Below are positions 9,456 through 21,201 of a stretch of 64,000 nt of DNA, one piece after another. Within the stretch, counting starts at the first letter, position 1; each line of letters starts with the position of its first letter. Origin of the DNA: Hyaloraphidium curvatum SAG 235-1 (Eukaryota; Fungi; Monoblepharomycota); the NCBI GenBank assembly GCA_025558095.1, contig JAIVFI010000036.1:372001-436000 (forward strand), given 5' to 3'. Both the position numbers and the translations under genes were made by a program. The notes below the pieces were generated by a model, which made no database searches, was not told where the DNA came from, and saw only the letters and a list, made by a program, of their open reading frames with translations.

Positions 9456-11779
9456 TCATTCCATTTCCACCTCGCCACCCAAAAGATCGCTCAGCTGGAA
9501 AACCGCCTCCTCCCCCGCGTCGTCCCCGGGCTCGTCCCACGCGAGGCCCGAGTCGCCAAAGATCGCCTCGTCCACCGCGCCAAAGTCACCCGTCGGCGGT
9601 GCCGATTCGGCCTTCCTGGCCGCCAGCTCCGCCATCTCCTTCTCGAACCCCTCGAACTCGTAGTCGCCCGGCGCGAGGTCGACAAAGAGCAGCAGCGCCT
9701 CGGCGTCCTCGAGCTTGGGCGGCGGGCCCGACCCGTTGTCCTGCAGGTTGTGCGGGAAGCCCGGGTCGTCCGCTTCGCTGGACAGGAAGAGCGCCTCGAC
9801 GTTAACAGGGACGCCGTTGGCAGGCTTGCGGAGCTTGTGCCGGCTCAGGAACTGCGCGATGTACTCCACGGGGGTCGGCAGGTTCGCAAGCCTCCGCTCT
9901 GCAAGAAAAAGCTGAGTCAGCGACGGATCGGGCGAGGGAGGGGAGGACGAAAGAGCTCACCTTCGTCTTCCACCGATCCGGTGACAGACGGGGAATCCAA
10001 GTTCACGACCGTCACCGGATCGACCGGCGCCGGGCCCTCCTCCCGCGGCCGCTTCGTTCCCGCAACCGGTTTCACGACCCCGGCCGGCGCAGTCTGTCTG
10101 GCCACCATCAGGCTCGCCTGCAGCACCTGCTCCATGCGCGCCGTCTCCTCCGGCGACAGCCGCGCCCGGTAGATCTGCTGCCGCAGCGTTTCCTCCGGGT
10201 ATCCCTGCGCGATCCCGGCATTCAAGATGTCCACGAGGTTCGCCGGCGGCCTCTCCGGGCGTCCCTGCACGGCCATGGCGCGCCCGGCGGCGACCACAGC
10301 GACCGAGGGGCTCGCGCCGGCCTTCCCCTGCGCGGTCTGTTCGCGCACGACCTGCAGATGGTCCGTTACCTGCTTGAAGATGGCCACGAACTGTTCCCGG
10401 ATGGCCGCAAGCGAGCTCTCCGTCACATAGAACTTGTTCTTCGGCAGGCCCTGCTCGAATTGGTACTGCAACATTTGGATCTTGCGATGGGCCAAGGGTC
10501 GTCAGCGTGCGATCGCCAGGACATCCGCCGCACTCACCATGTGCCGCAGAAGCTCCTCGCTCTTCTGCTTGTTCGGAATCTGCACTCTGTTGTTCACCAA
10601 GACGTGAAGCGTCTGCTTCATCTTTTCGAGGATGGCCGCCGGCTTGTAGGCCTCGTAAGCCTGCCTCAGCCTCTTCTTCTCATCCAACGAGAGATTCTGC
10701 ATCTCGTTCAATTTCATGCCCGAAGGCAAGATGACCGTGCCGGCTTCCTCCTGGGCGGAGTTTCCGAATCCCATGCCTCCGGGAGGGCTCCTTCCTTGGC
10801 CCCGCGTGGGATCAGCAGGAGGAGCGGGCCGCTGGCGAACCTGCGGCGTTCCGCCCGTCGCTGCCAACTTCAGCTGCTGCTGCTTTAGCTGCTGCTGCAT
10901 CAGCATCTGTTGCGCGTGCGCCGCCACCCCGGCGCCGCCCGCACCCGGCCGCGCCGCGGCGGCGCTGCCGCCTGCCAGGGCCTTCTGCAGCTCAATCGCT
11001 TGGTTCTTGACTTGCCCCGTAGAAGCCGACTGCGACCAAGCGGACTGCTGCGTCTGCGGTTGGTGCAGTTGTTGAGCTGCTTGGATCGCCGCGACATTCG
11101 CATTGGCCCCTCCAGCCCGGCCTCCCCGCGCAGCGCCCTGTACCGGAAACCCTGCCGCCGGCCTCGCAAAGTTCTGACCGGGTTTGGCGTTGGGAGGCAA
11201 GGTGATTACAAGACCCGGGTCTGAAAAAGTCGAATGAGCGATGGGCGTTGCGAGGGACCGCGTAGCCACGTACTCGACGATCCCGGTACGGGGGTCTTCG
11301 ACACCGGCACCGGAGCGGCTGCTTGGCGACCTTGTGCGGTGCGCGGTGCTGCCGTAAGGACGGTCTTCACCTGGGCCATGTAGTCGTCCCTGTCCGTTGC
11401 ATTCGCGAAGATCCGCGTCTCCAAATTTGGAACGTCGGCCGTTATCCCGTTCGCCGTCAGGGTCTGTTCGCTGCATTGCAATGACCATTAGACCCCTGCC
11501 TTCCCACACCGGCCGAACCACCCACAGAAGGTTTCTGATGCCCAGTCGCTCCTGCTGGTCCGGCTTCGAATTGTCGACATAGGCCTGCTGCTGGGCCAGC
11601 AGTTGCTGGGTTTGTACAGGAATCTGCATGCCGGTCCGCGCAAAAAGCTGCTGCAGCTGCGCCTGGCTGAGGCTGGCCAGGTTTGAGAGGTTGGCGTTGC
11701 CCTGGCCGGCGGGCCGGCTCCCCAGCATCGCCTGCCCCGCCAGAGCGGCCATGTTGGCCGGATAACCAGTGCCGCTCAT
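9456..11779 (-). CDS. Q-rich protein with KIX-like domain, Mediator Med15/Gal11-like
   Basis: Multi-exon and glutamine-rich; segment VPNLETRIFANATDRDDYMAQVKTVL resembles the Med15 KIX domain. Confidence 0.5.
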
Positions 11780-12550
11780 ATAAAGAGCGATGGTCCGATG
11801 CAGAGTTCTGTAGAGGCCACTGTCCCGGAGCGCGAGGACCGAGCCCTGCGAAAGTCCGGCCCCGACTGTCCGCGCTCCCTGCCGTCCACGCGCTCTCCCC
11901 ACGCCCGCTAGGAGCAGCCAAGGATTAATGTAGTCCGCGGCTGCCTCCCAATCGCCGGGCAATCGAGGCCGTCGACGCTGGGAGGCGACGAGGCGATGCG
12001 CAAATGGCAAGGGATCGATCGCGCGGGCGTGCATGCACTGGCCACCCCTGCTTGAGAGCACGCCTGATTTCTCGGATTCAGCTGGCGGGGTATCGTGTTC
12101 GGTCGTTCATCCTCAATCCGGTACATCATCCAAAGCCCAAAGATCGGAATCGAAAGAAAGTACATCGACCGTGAAGGAGCTTCTGTCGCCCATCACATCC
12201 TGCTCCGAGCTTCCCCTAGAGCCTGCTCGAGCGATCCGCACGCAGGCGCAGGAGAAGGGTCGGGGTCGTCGGGTGGGGTCGGGGGGTCGGCGGAAGCGGT
12301 GGCTTCGAAACCTTCTTGCGCGGGGGTGCCGGCGAGGCCGAAGTGAGCAATTTCAGGACATCCCTGACCAACAAGGGTCGCCCCGAGCGGCCCTGCCCGG
12401 ACCACAGGGCCGACGGGTCTGGGGCACGGCGGAACGGGGTGATTGGGGGGAGGTCGGCCTAACAAGCCACACGCGAAACGATTCACTCGTCTCCAAAACC
12501 CAACGACCCACGAATTCGCATTGCTCGCGACGACGAAAGATGACATCCAA

Positions 12551-13636
12551 CTAGTACGTGCCAAAAGATCCCCATCCAAGTCTCCCGCCCGCCGGTCCCC
12601 TTCCCGAATCATGCCGAACCCGATCCCTACCCCCCGCCCCGCTCAGTCCTCGCAATCGTCCAGGCTCGGCGTCTTTGCCCGCTCCTCCACCGGCCGGCTG
12701 TTCCAAGCCGACAGCAGCGCCTCCGCCTTCGGGCTCCCGAGCTTGGGGAGCTCGCCGAAGTAGCGGGTACAGATCGTAGGTGTCGGGCTTCACCAGGACG
12801 CCCGCCGCCGCCGCCTCCCCGCCCTCGCCGAGGCCCCAGTGCTCCGGGTACACTGTTGGATGTAGTAGCCGGCCCTGCGGACGACCCAGGGCTTGCCGAA
12901 GCACTGCTTCCCGGCGCGGGCGCGGAAGCACTGCCACGCCGTTGCTCTCCAGAATCTCGCCGCACCCGCCTTCGCAGAGCTGGAGGATCCCGTTCTTGCC
13001 GAAAGCGCGGGCGGCCGGGTCGACCGTGACGGCGCGCACGTAGCACTCGGGTCCGCAGCACTCAGGCCAGAGGCGCTTTTCCGGGGACGCGCGCCTGCAA
13101 CGCCGGCGGTCAGCTTTGCCGCGAGCGCTTCGGCGCCGCACCCACTCGGTCATCTTCATGCAGTGCTCGCAGGCAATCATGCCCTTCTCGTAGCCCTGCT
13201 CGTACTCGTCCGTCCGGCACGCCGTGAAGTAGTAGAACAGGTCCGACGAGGGCGACGGGGCGCTCAGGAAGTCGACGCGCACCTCGCTGGCCGCGGATGC
13301 ATCGTCAGCCCGCCATTTCCGCGCCGGCCCTCCCGGTACCCACCGCTGGAAAACCGGGATGAAGAAGCCCAGAGACATCGAGCCGGCCGTTGCCCCCGGG
13401 ACGCTGGACGTTGCCTCGCCGCCCGAGCCGTCTGACATCGCATCGTCGTCGGGGCCGCTTGATTCCGATACGTCCGTCGGCCAGAGGTCGCTGTGCTGGG
13501 AGGACACGTCGGTGCCGGCGTCGGACGCCGCGCCCCCGCCGCCCGCGCTCCCGCCGCCCGCAACCCCGCCGCCCGCGCTCGTGCCGGTGCCGGCGCCCTT
13601 TTCCCCGGCCTTCTTGCCGAGGCCGGGCAGCGCCAT
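12551..13636 (-). CDS. Hypothetical protein with Gly/Ser-rich N-terminus and Cys-rich, possibly Zn-binding core
   Basis: ORF with ACEHC, ECCGPEC and LCEGGC clusters. Probable in-frame intron near 13096-13145; 3' end uncertain. Confidence 0.4.
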   Translation of the reverse strand: MALPGLGKKAGEKGAGTGTSAGGGVAGGGSAGGGGAASDAGTDVSSQHSDLWPTDVSESSGPDDDAMSDGSGGEATSSVPGATAGSMSLGFFIPVFQRWVPGGPARKWRADDASAASEVRVDFLSAPSPSSDLFYYFTACRTDEYEQGYEKGMIACEHCMKMTEWVRRRSARGKADRRRCRRASPEKRLWPECCGPECYVRAVTVDPAARAFGKNGILQLCEGGCGEILESNGVAVLPRPRREAVLRQALGRPQGRLLHPTVYPEHWGLGEGGEAAAAGVLVKPDTYDLYPLLRRAPQAREPEGGGAAVGLEQPAGGGAGKDAEPGRLRGLSGAGGRDRVRHDSGRGPAGGRLGWGSFGTY

Positions 13637-13746
13637 CGTCCGGGGGCCGCGGGGAGAAGTCGGTCGAGTCACCGCACCCAAAAGAAAAGCCTCACAAAAC
13701 ATCAAAGAGGACATTGTATTTGCGAGGACCGGCACTCATCAGTACA

Positions 13747-15726
13747 TCAGTACATCACTTGCGGGCGACGAATCGAGATGGTCAGAAGCGAAAACAAGCG
13801 CCGAACAGGCCACCCACGAGGCTCGTCGTGCTCGCTCAGCCGGCTGAGGTGCAGGTACGCATCCGTGCCGTACCCCTCCATCGAAATGAGCTTCAGATCG
13901 CCGCCAAAGTAGCGCGCATAGCAGCGCGAGATTGGCAAGCCGTATCCGAAGCCTGGTCGGCTGTTAGCGGGCCCGCGTCTCAGCCAGCCCGAAAACCCAC
14001 CTGCCATGGGCGCCTTGAAGTCGTTCTTGGCGTAGTTGTCGTCCAGCATCGGAGTCGTTGCGGTGGTGTACATATATGTCCAGCTAAATTTAGGTAGTTG
14101 ACCAATCGCAGTCGAGTAAACCATGGAGGAGCCAAGAGAATCAAAATGGACATCAACATAGCCACAACACCTAAAACTCACACCATGGGCATTCCAGAGC
14201 GGGGGATGCCGCCGCCCTCGTCCGAGATCTTGATGGTGATGTCTTGGACGCCCTCGGCGACGATGACCTTCACCACCGGCCAGTCCCCGATTCCGTCGTC
14301 CGGCTCGAACCCGTAGCGCTCCACCACCGCCCGCAGCGAGTTCTTCAACAGCTCAAAGAGCATGTGGTGAAGATGGGACGGCACGTACATGAACTCGGTG
14401 TCGTCCTTGCCGGCGGGGAAAATCAGCTCCACCCTCGGCCCCTCGTACAGTCCGAAGTAGTCGCGGCAGATGAAGCGGGCATCATCGATGGCCTCGCTGC
14501 AAACGCGCTTCAGAGAAGTCCGTGTGCAAATGATCCCGACATAGTCGGGTTTGTTGGTGGGGGAATTGGAGACGGAGGCTTGTTGGAGGGCAACGTGCTG
14601 TCCAATCAGCATACGAATACCAATCCGAGAAAGATAGAAGCGGTCCAGAAAGCTCTGGATGCTGCGGGGAAGGAGTGCAGGGAGGTTGGTAGGTGCGGTC
14701 GGTGCGGAGCTTTGCCGCCAGTGCTCCTTCAGTTCCAGAATGCCCTGGGCTGAAGACAAATGCCGTTAGGATACGGGCTGAAGACGCGACAAAGCTCAAC
14801 ACCGACCGACGGTGGAAACGACGGGGTCGTGCCGTCGCTTGATGTTCTCCAGGCAATTCGCAAACTGCTGGTTGTACTCAATTACCGCAGGGGGAACGTC
14901 CTTCGGCTCGTCCTTCATTGGCGCAAAGTACTTTCCCGTGACAGAAGGTCCCAAAAGGTCCTGCTGCGGGGCCGAAACGGCAGCAGCCTCCGCCGTCGGT
15001 GGCGGCGGCGGAGTGTTGGGGTTCGCGTTCTCGGAACCCTTCCCTCCGCCGAACAGGCGCCCAAAAAGTCCTCCACCGCCCTGTTGTGTCGTCTTCCGCA
15101 GACTGTTTGGCAAGTAGGGTGACTGGTCCGCAGTGGGAGCTGGGAGTGGCACGGACGACCGCCGTCAGTAACGGCAACCGGCCTTCCCAAGGGCCGGAAA
15201 GCACCTTCCAACAAAGGTGTGACGTCCTTCCGACGGTTGCTGGTGAAATGTGACGGAATTCCGTACACCTCGGCCGACGGGAACTCGACCAGGTCCTGGA
15301 ACGACTTCGAGTACCAGTCCTTGACCTTGATGACCGAAGGCATGCTAGACAGCTCGTACGGGAGGTTGTCGAGCTCCACGACCCGATGTGCCAAGCGAAT
15401 GGGCATCTCCTCCCGGAGGAACTGCGTGGCCCGCAGGATCATGATGGGAGACGGCGTCCTCCCTGTGTTTGACCTCTGGTCAACACCGTGCCCCGTCGGC
15501 ACTCCACGCGGTGCGGATCGGAGCTCACCAAACTCCACCATCTGTTGGTAGGGTCGTGTAGGCCACAGAATGTGCGGCAGCGTGTGGACAGACGAGGTCA
15601 GCAAATCACGTGCGGACGCTGGTCCGTGTCCGTCCCGACCTGGTGGATCGAGACGCCCGTCTGCGGGTACTGCGCCATAAGGCGCACTTTGTCGGCGACC
15701 CATGGGGCCACACGAGATGCACTCAT
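13747..15726 (-). CDS. Mitochondrial pyruvate dehydrogenase kinase (PDK/BCKDK family)
   Basis: FLREEMPIRLAHRV, FLDRFYLSRIGIRMLIGQH, HHMLFELLKNSLRA, KISDEGGGIPR, GFGYGLPISRCYARYFGGDL; multiple introns. Confidence 0.92.
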
Positions 15727-15858
15727 GGTCCCCGGCGGAGGGCCAACCAAAGTTTGCGGTTGAGTGCGGCGCGGCCGCGCGATCGTCCGCTGCCGACTCC
15801 GATCGCTCAAACAGGCCGGGGCGGCGACGGCTTGTTGAGCATTCGACGCCCGCCAACG

Positions 15859-17603
15859 ATGACCACCGGAACTCAACTGCCGCACTTGCTGCCGCGCATC
15901 GAGGCCTACTGCTGGCCCTTGAGCGCGGTCGCGGGCGACAGCATCTCCGTGTATCTTTCGTCTCCCGGCCGACCCGATGCGGCCGTCGCTTACGAGGTCG
16001 TGCGACGGACGCGCACATCGGACCCAGACGGAGAGCTTGTCGCGCGTGAATCGGTCCCGGGAACGGTTCCCAGCTACCCTGTGCCGGAGGACGCGTCGAC
16101 TCACGGCTGTCGGTGGCCCTCGGCTTTCAATCTCACGGTGGAGGAGGGATGGATCAGCTCCTACTACGAGCTGAGGTTCCGCTTCGCTGATGGCACCGCG
16201 TCGAGCCCGCACTCGCGTTGCTTCTTCGTCGTGCGGCCCTCGGGCGCCAAGAGGGCCAAGATCCTCCTTGCGATAGCGTCCAACACCTACTGCGCGTACA
16301 ATGACCATCTCGGGAAGAACGTGTACGAGGGCCCGACACAGTCTTCGTGGCTCCGGCCTTGGGCTGCCGGCTTGCTGTTCAAGCCGCGGGGTCAGCCAGG
16401 GCGGCGAGTCGCCTTGCTGGACCCGAGCGGGACGGACGTCGACATGCGGACGCACGTTCGCTACCTGCGATCGAACGGGCTCACGTCGTGGGGCGGGAGT
16501 GCGGGCTTCCCGAACTACGAGGAGGACTTTACGCAGTGGCTCCACCGAGAGGGGTTCGACGCGGACTTTTGCACCAACGCGGACCTCGAGTTTCACCCGG
16601 AAGTGCTCGAGGGCAAGTCGCTGTATCTATCCGTCGGCCACGATGAGTACTGTGAGTTTGGAAGTGTGCCTATTGATGGGTTACCGTGCTGATCCCCTAG
16701 ACAGGGTCGAAGGGAATGCGAGATACCGTCGAAGGCTTCATTGCCCGGGGCGGTAATGTCGCCTTCTTCTCGGGCAACACGAGCTATTGGCAGGTCCGCT
16801 TGGAGGGCGAGCCGCTGAATGGCGCAGACGGCACCACCATGATCGCATGTGAGCTGTCATTCGCGTGATCTATTGAGCTGGCACTCAAGCGCATGGTGCA
16901 GACAAACAACAGTGGGAGAAGGATCCGATCCTGAAGGAGCCCGGGAAGCAGCACCTCGTCACCTCCATCTGGTCCGACACGCTGATCGGCCGCCCCGAAA
17001 ACCACATGACGGGCGTCAGCTTCGTGCGGGGTGGCTACAGCCGCATCAGGCGGAGGGTGCCGAAAGGCAGTGCCGGCTACAGGATCTATCGACCCGAGCA
17101 TTGGGTTTTTGAGGGCACACGGCTCGAGTATGGCGATGAGCTCGGCGCGGCAGCCACGATCGTGGGCTACGAGTGCGATGGCGTGGCGATGAGGATCGGC
17201 AAGGACGGGCGACCGGAGCCAACTGGCGAAGATGGCACTCCGGCAAGCTTCAAGATCCTCGGCCTTGCGCCTGCGGCACCCTTTACTCACGCTACCGCGG
17301 CGCGGCCCGTGGCGGTCGGAACCAGGGACGAAGTGGAGCACAATTCCTGGAGGACGGGGATTCCCGTCGAGCAGATCTCGTGAGTTGCTCGTGTCCGGCA
17401 TCGTTCGAACCGCTGGACTCACTTGCCGCAGGTACAATCACGCCGTGTTCGGTACGTGGACTCACGCCAGTGGAGGTGTCGTCGTCACCTCGGGGTGCAC
17501 CGATTGGCCGTGCGCCGTTGGCGTTGGCGACGAGACCGTCGATCGCGTGACGCGGAACATCATCGGCAAACTGTCGGGCGCTGGGTCAGGGAGCAAGCTT
17601 TGA
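15859..17603 (+). CDS. N,N-dimethylformamidase beta-subunit family protein
   Basis: IEAYCWPLS, GCRWPSAF, SNTYCAYN, LSVGHDEY(W), spliced to MRDTVEGFIARGGNVAFFSGNTSYWQVR, IVGYECDG, VVVTSGCTDW; about three introns. Confidence 0.8.
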
Positions 17604-17853
17604 AGCTTTCATGACCGGAATAGATTTGTCAGCGTGGAGGCGTGCCATGATCTGAGCCCGCGTCCGAACCAGGGAGCGCGCAGACTGATGAATCGAGCGT
17701 TGGTTAAGACAGGAACCGATTTGTCAATGCAGAGGTGTGCCATGGTCCGAGCCTGCGTCGCAATCCGAGGGACGTGCGCAGAGTCCGAGTGATGAGTCGC
17801 GTTGGGTTGGTCCGGTACAAACAAGCAAAGGCGGACTCGCGGACCGTCCCACG

Positions 17854-19763
17854 ATGGATTCCGTGGCATGTGCGGGGTCTTTCAAAGATGACCTGGATCC
17901 AAAGCTCTCGGAGACAACGTGCGTTGTGCTTTCGGGGCGCTTTCCAGGTCTCCTAAGTGCTCCCGCTCCGCCAGGCTCGAGACGCTGTCGCTCCTGGGTT
18001 TCACGCAAATGACCCCCGTCCAGTCGTCTGCGATACCTTTGTTCATGAAGAAGAAGGACGTTGTGGTCGAGGCAGTGACTGGTTCGGGGAAAACGCTCGC
18101 TTTTGTGATCCCAATCGTGGAGATGCTGCGGCGACGGGAGGTGCCCCTCAAGCGCAATCAGGTCGGGGCCATGATCATTAGCCCGACCCGGGAGCTCGCG
18201 CAGCAGATACATAATGTGGTCACCAAGTTCTGCGAAGGCCACGAGGACGTGCGGCACCTCACGCACGCCCTTTACATTGGAGGCAACGACCTCGAGGAGG
18301 ACATACGGAACTTTGTCCAGAACGGAGCGCACATCATCATTGGGACTCCCGGACGCCTCGAGGATTTGCTGGGAAGGAAAGGAGTCATGGATTTGAGGGA
18401 GTTTGAGGTCGTGGTCCTGGACGAGGCGGACCGTCTCCTCGACATGGGCTTCGAGAAGAAGCTCGCGGCAATCATGGGACACCTTCCGAAGCAGAGGCGT
18501 ACCGGCTTGTTTTCTGCGACCATGACCGACGCCCTTTCCGAGCTAGTCCGCACCGGGCTGCGGAATCCGGTGCGCGTGGTGGTCAAGGTCGCGAGCGCGA
18601 CCAGTGGACAGGAGCAGAGGACGCCCGAGTCGCTCGAGATCCGATACTCGTTCGCGGAACCGAGAGAGCGCCTGCCACGCCTCCTGGAGATGCTGATAGC
18701 GGAGAGGGACAAGAAGCACATCGTCTACATGGCGACGTGCGCCTGCGTGGACTACTTCTTCAAGGTCCTATCCACATTCAAGGAACTGAAGGAGTTTGGT
18801 CGGTTCAGTCTCCACGGGAAGATGGAGCAGAAGCGGCGCGAAGCGGTCTTTGCGAGCTTTCAGTCACACCCCGCCCCGGCCTTTCTGCTTTGCACGGACT
18901 TGGCGGCGCGGGGATTGGACGTTCCGGACGTGGACTCGGTGGTCCAGTTGGATCCGCCACAGGATCCAAAGATGTTCTCTCACCGCTGCGGCCGCACGGC
19001 GCGCTTGGGGAGACAAGGGAGGGCCGTCGTTTTCCTTTCAAAGAAGGAGGAGCCCTACGTGCAGTTTCTCAGGATTCGCAAAGTGCCTCTCGCGGAGTCG
19101 CGGTTCGCGGGTCCGATGGGGGAAAAGGAGCTGTCCGATTTCGAACTCAGGATTCGTTTGGCGGCGTCGAGGGATCGTGATGTTTTTGAGAAGGGGCTTA
19201 AGGCCTTTGTCAGCTACGTTCGGTTCTATCGCGAGCACCAGCTTGCCTACATCTTTGCGTTCAAGGCACTGGACTTCCAGGCCCTTGCCTTGGCTTTCGG
19301 ACTGTTGAGACTGCCGAAGATGCCCGAACTGAAGGCGCTCAAGTCGGCGATTGCTTTACCTGCGCCGCCCATGGACGATCTGGACTCGATTCCGTACGCG
19401 GACAAAGGGAGGGAGAAGCAGCGTCAAGCAAATCTCCAGACGAAACTAGCCGCGGGTGCGGGAGCGTCAAAGAAGCCGCACAGGCAGAAGCAGACTGAGG
19501 CATGGTCGAAGCAGAAGGAGGCGAAGCAACGGAAACAGGATCGCCGGGAGAAGAAGGACAAGAGGAAGGAAGCGATCGAGAAGGCCAAGGCCAGCGGCAC
19601 CTTTGTCGCGAAGGCGAAGCGGAAAGCCGACGAGGCCAGCGACGTGGAACGCGAGTGGAACGAGCTCGCCGCCGAGGAGAGACGAGCAAAGAAGAAGCGA
19701 AAGCAGGGGAAAGGGGCCGTCTCGGACTCGGATGACAGCAGCAGCGATGGAGACAGTGGCTAG
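17854..19763 (+). CDS. SPB4: DEAD-box RNA helicase Spb4/DDX55
   Basis: AVTGSGKT, PTRELA, LDEADRLLDMGF, LFSAT, HRCGRTAR and a basic C-terminal tail; one short 5' intron. Confidence 0.92.
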
Positions 19764-19866
19764 CTTTGTACCGACCAGCAGTACATTGGGCTTCACAACA
19801 TGGCAGTCAACTCCAAAGCATCAGTTGCGTACGCCAGTAGGACTACGTTCTACTGAAGGCGGCCCC

Positions 19867-20676
19867 CTACTCCGTGGCTGCGATTTCGTCCGTATCGCTG
19901 CGTTTGCCCGGGGTGCCGGGGCCCCGCACCGTCACTTTCGGCCTCTTGTTCAGCAAATCCAAGCCAGAATAGCCGTTCGGGTTCCAGTCTTGATTGAACT
20001 CCGGGATGACAGGGCCCTGTATGTTCGCGACCAGGAGCCGAGGACCAGTGAAGGATGACCTCCTTGGGCCAACCACGTTCACGTCCGCGCAATTTGCATA
20101 GAATTCCCTGTTACCTTGGGCGTTTATCCTGCGAATTTTTTGAGTCGAAGGCCTCATACAGCAGGGCAGCGTGGCTTACCAGTTCCAGCTGAAGATGCAG
20201 TTGTTGCAGGCAGGCAAATTCTTCGGAACGCTGAATGTGTACGACAGCGTGTCCAGGAGGCACTTCGTGCGAACCGTATGCAGAACCACAAAGGTCTTGC
20301 CGCCATCGTACGAGATGGCAAACTGGCAGTGACCACCGTGGTGCGTAGCGGACCCTTCAAGGGTGACGGTGAACCGGCGGCCGGAAGTGATGGTCGCCGT
20401 TCGCGGGCCAGCAGGCTTGCCCGCGCAAGGATAAGGCTTGTTCGGGTTGGAAAGGGGAGCCACGAGGTCATAGTCGATCTTGTCCTGCAGGTCGGTGTCA
20501 GGGACCCGTCCCGGAAGCGCATGAAAAAAAGGGAGACCAACCTCGGTCCAAAACTGAGGCGAGCCGTACTTGCTGCCGCGAGGCACGGGCGTCCGCATCA
20601 TCATGTGCCCCTGCACCGCTCCCGTTGCGGACAGGACCAGCGCCCCGAGGAGCGCGACGGCTAGTTTCGCGACCAT
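19867..20676 (-). CDS. Secreted lytic polysaccharide monooxygenase, AA11-like
   Basis: Signal peptide ending VQG followed directly by His (HMMMRTPVPR); GSATHHGGHCQFAISYD; WNW/INAQGNREFYANCADV; two introns. Confidence 0.8.
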
Positions 20677-21201
20677 GCTGCAATTCTGGTCTCTCGTCGG
20701 CAAGTCACGTCCTCGCTTCAGCTCGGCTCGCGATAGACGGGAACTTTCGAAATGCTGCTCTTGCAAGTTAAGTCATTCGTGGCGTCGGGCCGACGTCAGG
20801 GTTTTGGCTGCGGCTGCTGCGGCGGGTCTGCGGGCGCGGAGGATCCTCGTTCCCAAATCGCTGCGCCCAAGGACCCTCGCCGATCACGCGCTGCGGCGAG
20901 GAGCGAGCAAGTTCAAACCGACAATGCATATTATTGCGAGAATGAATTTATGCGCAGATGAGAAGACAGGTTGTCCGGGCACTTTGCAGTGCTGCATGCA
21001 CGCAGTACCGCCAAGGGTCACGGCCAACTTCAGCTGCGGCGGCGACACTCCCCAAGAGGATCCAACAGAACCGAAGGGGAGTGGGGTTCTGGAAGGCAAT
21101 GCATTATGCGCATGTGGTTCCTCAGGCCTTTTAGGACAGACGTCCGCATCACGGGGAGATCATCACGGTCGAGCAAGCGCAGAAGTTGAAAACTCTATAG
21201 A

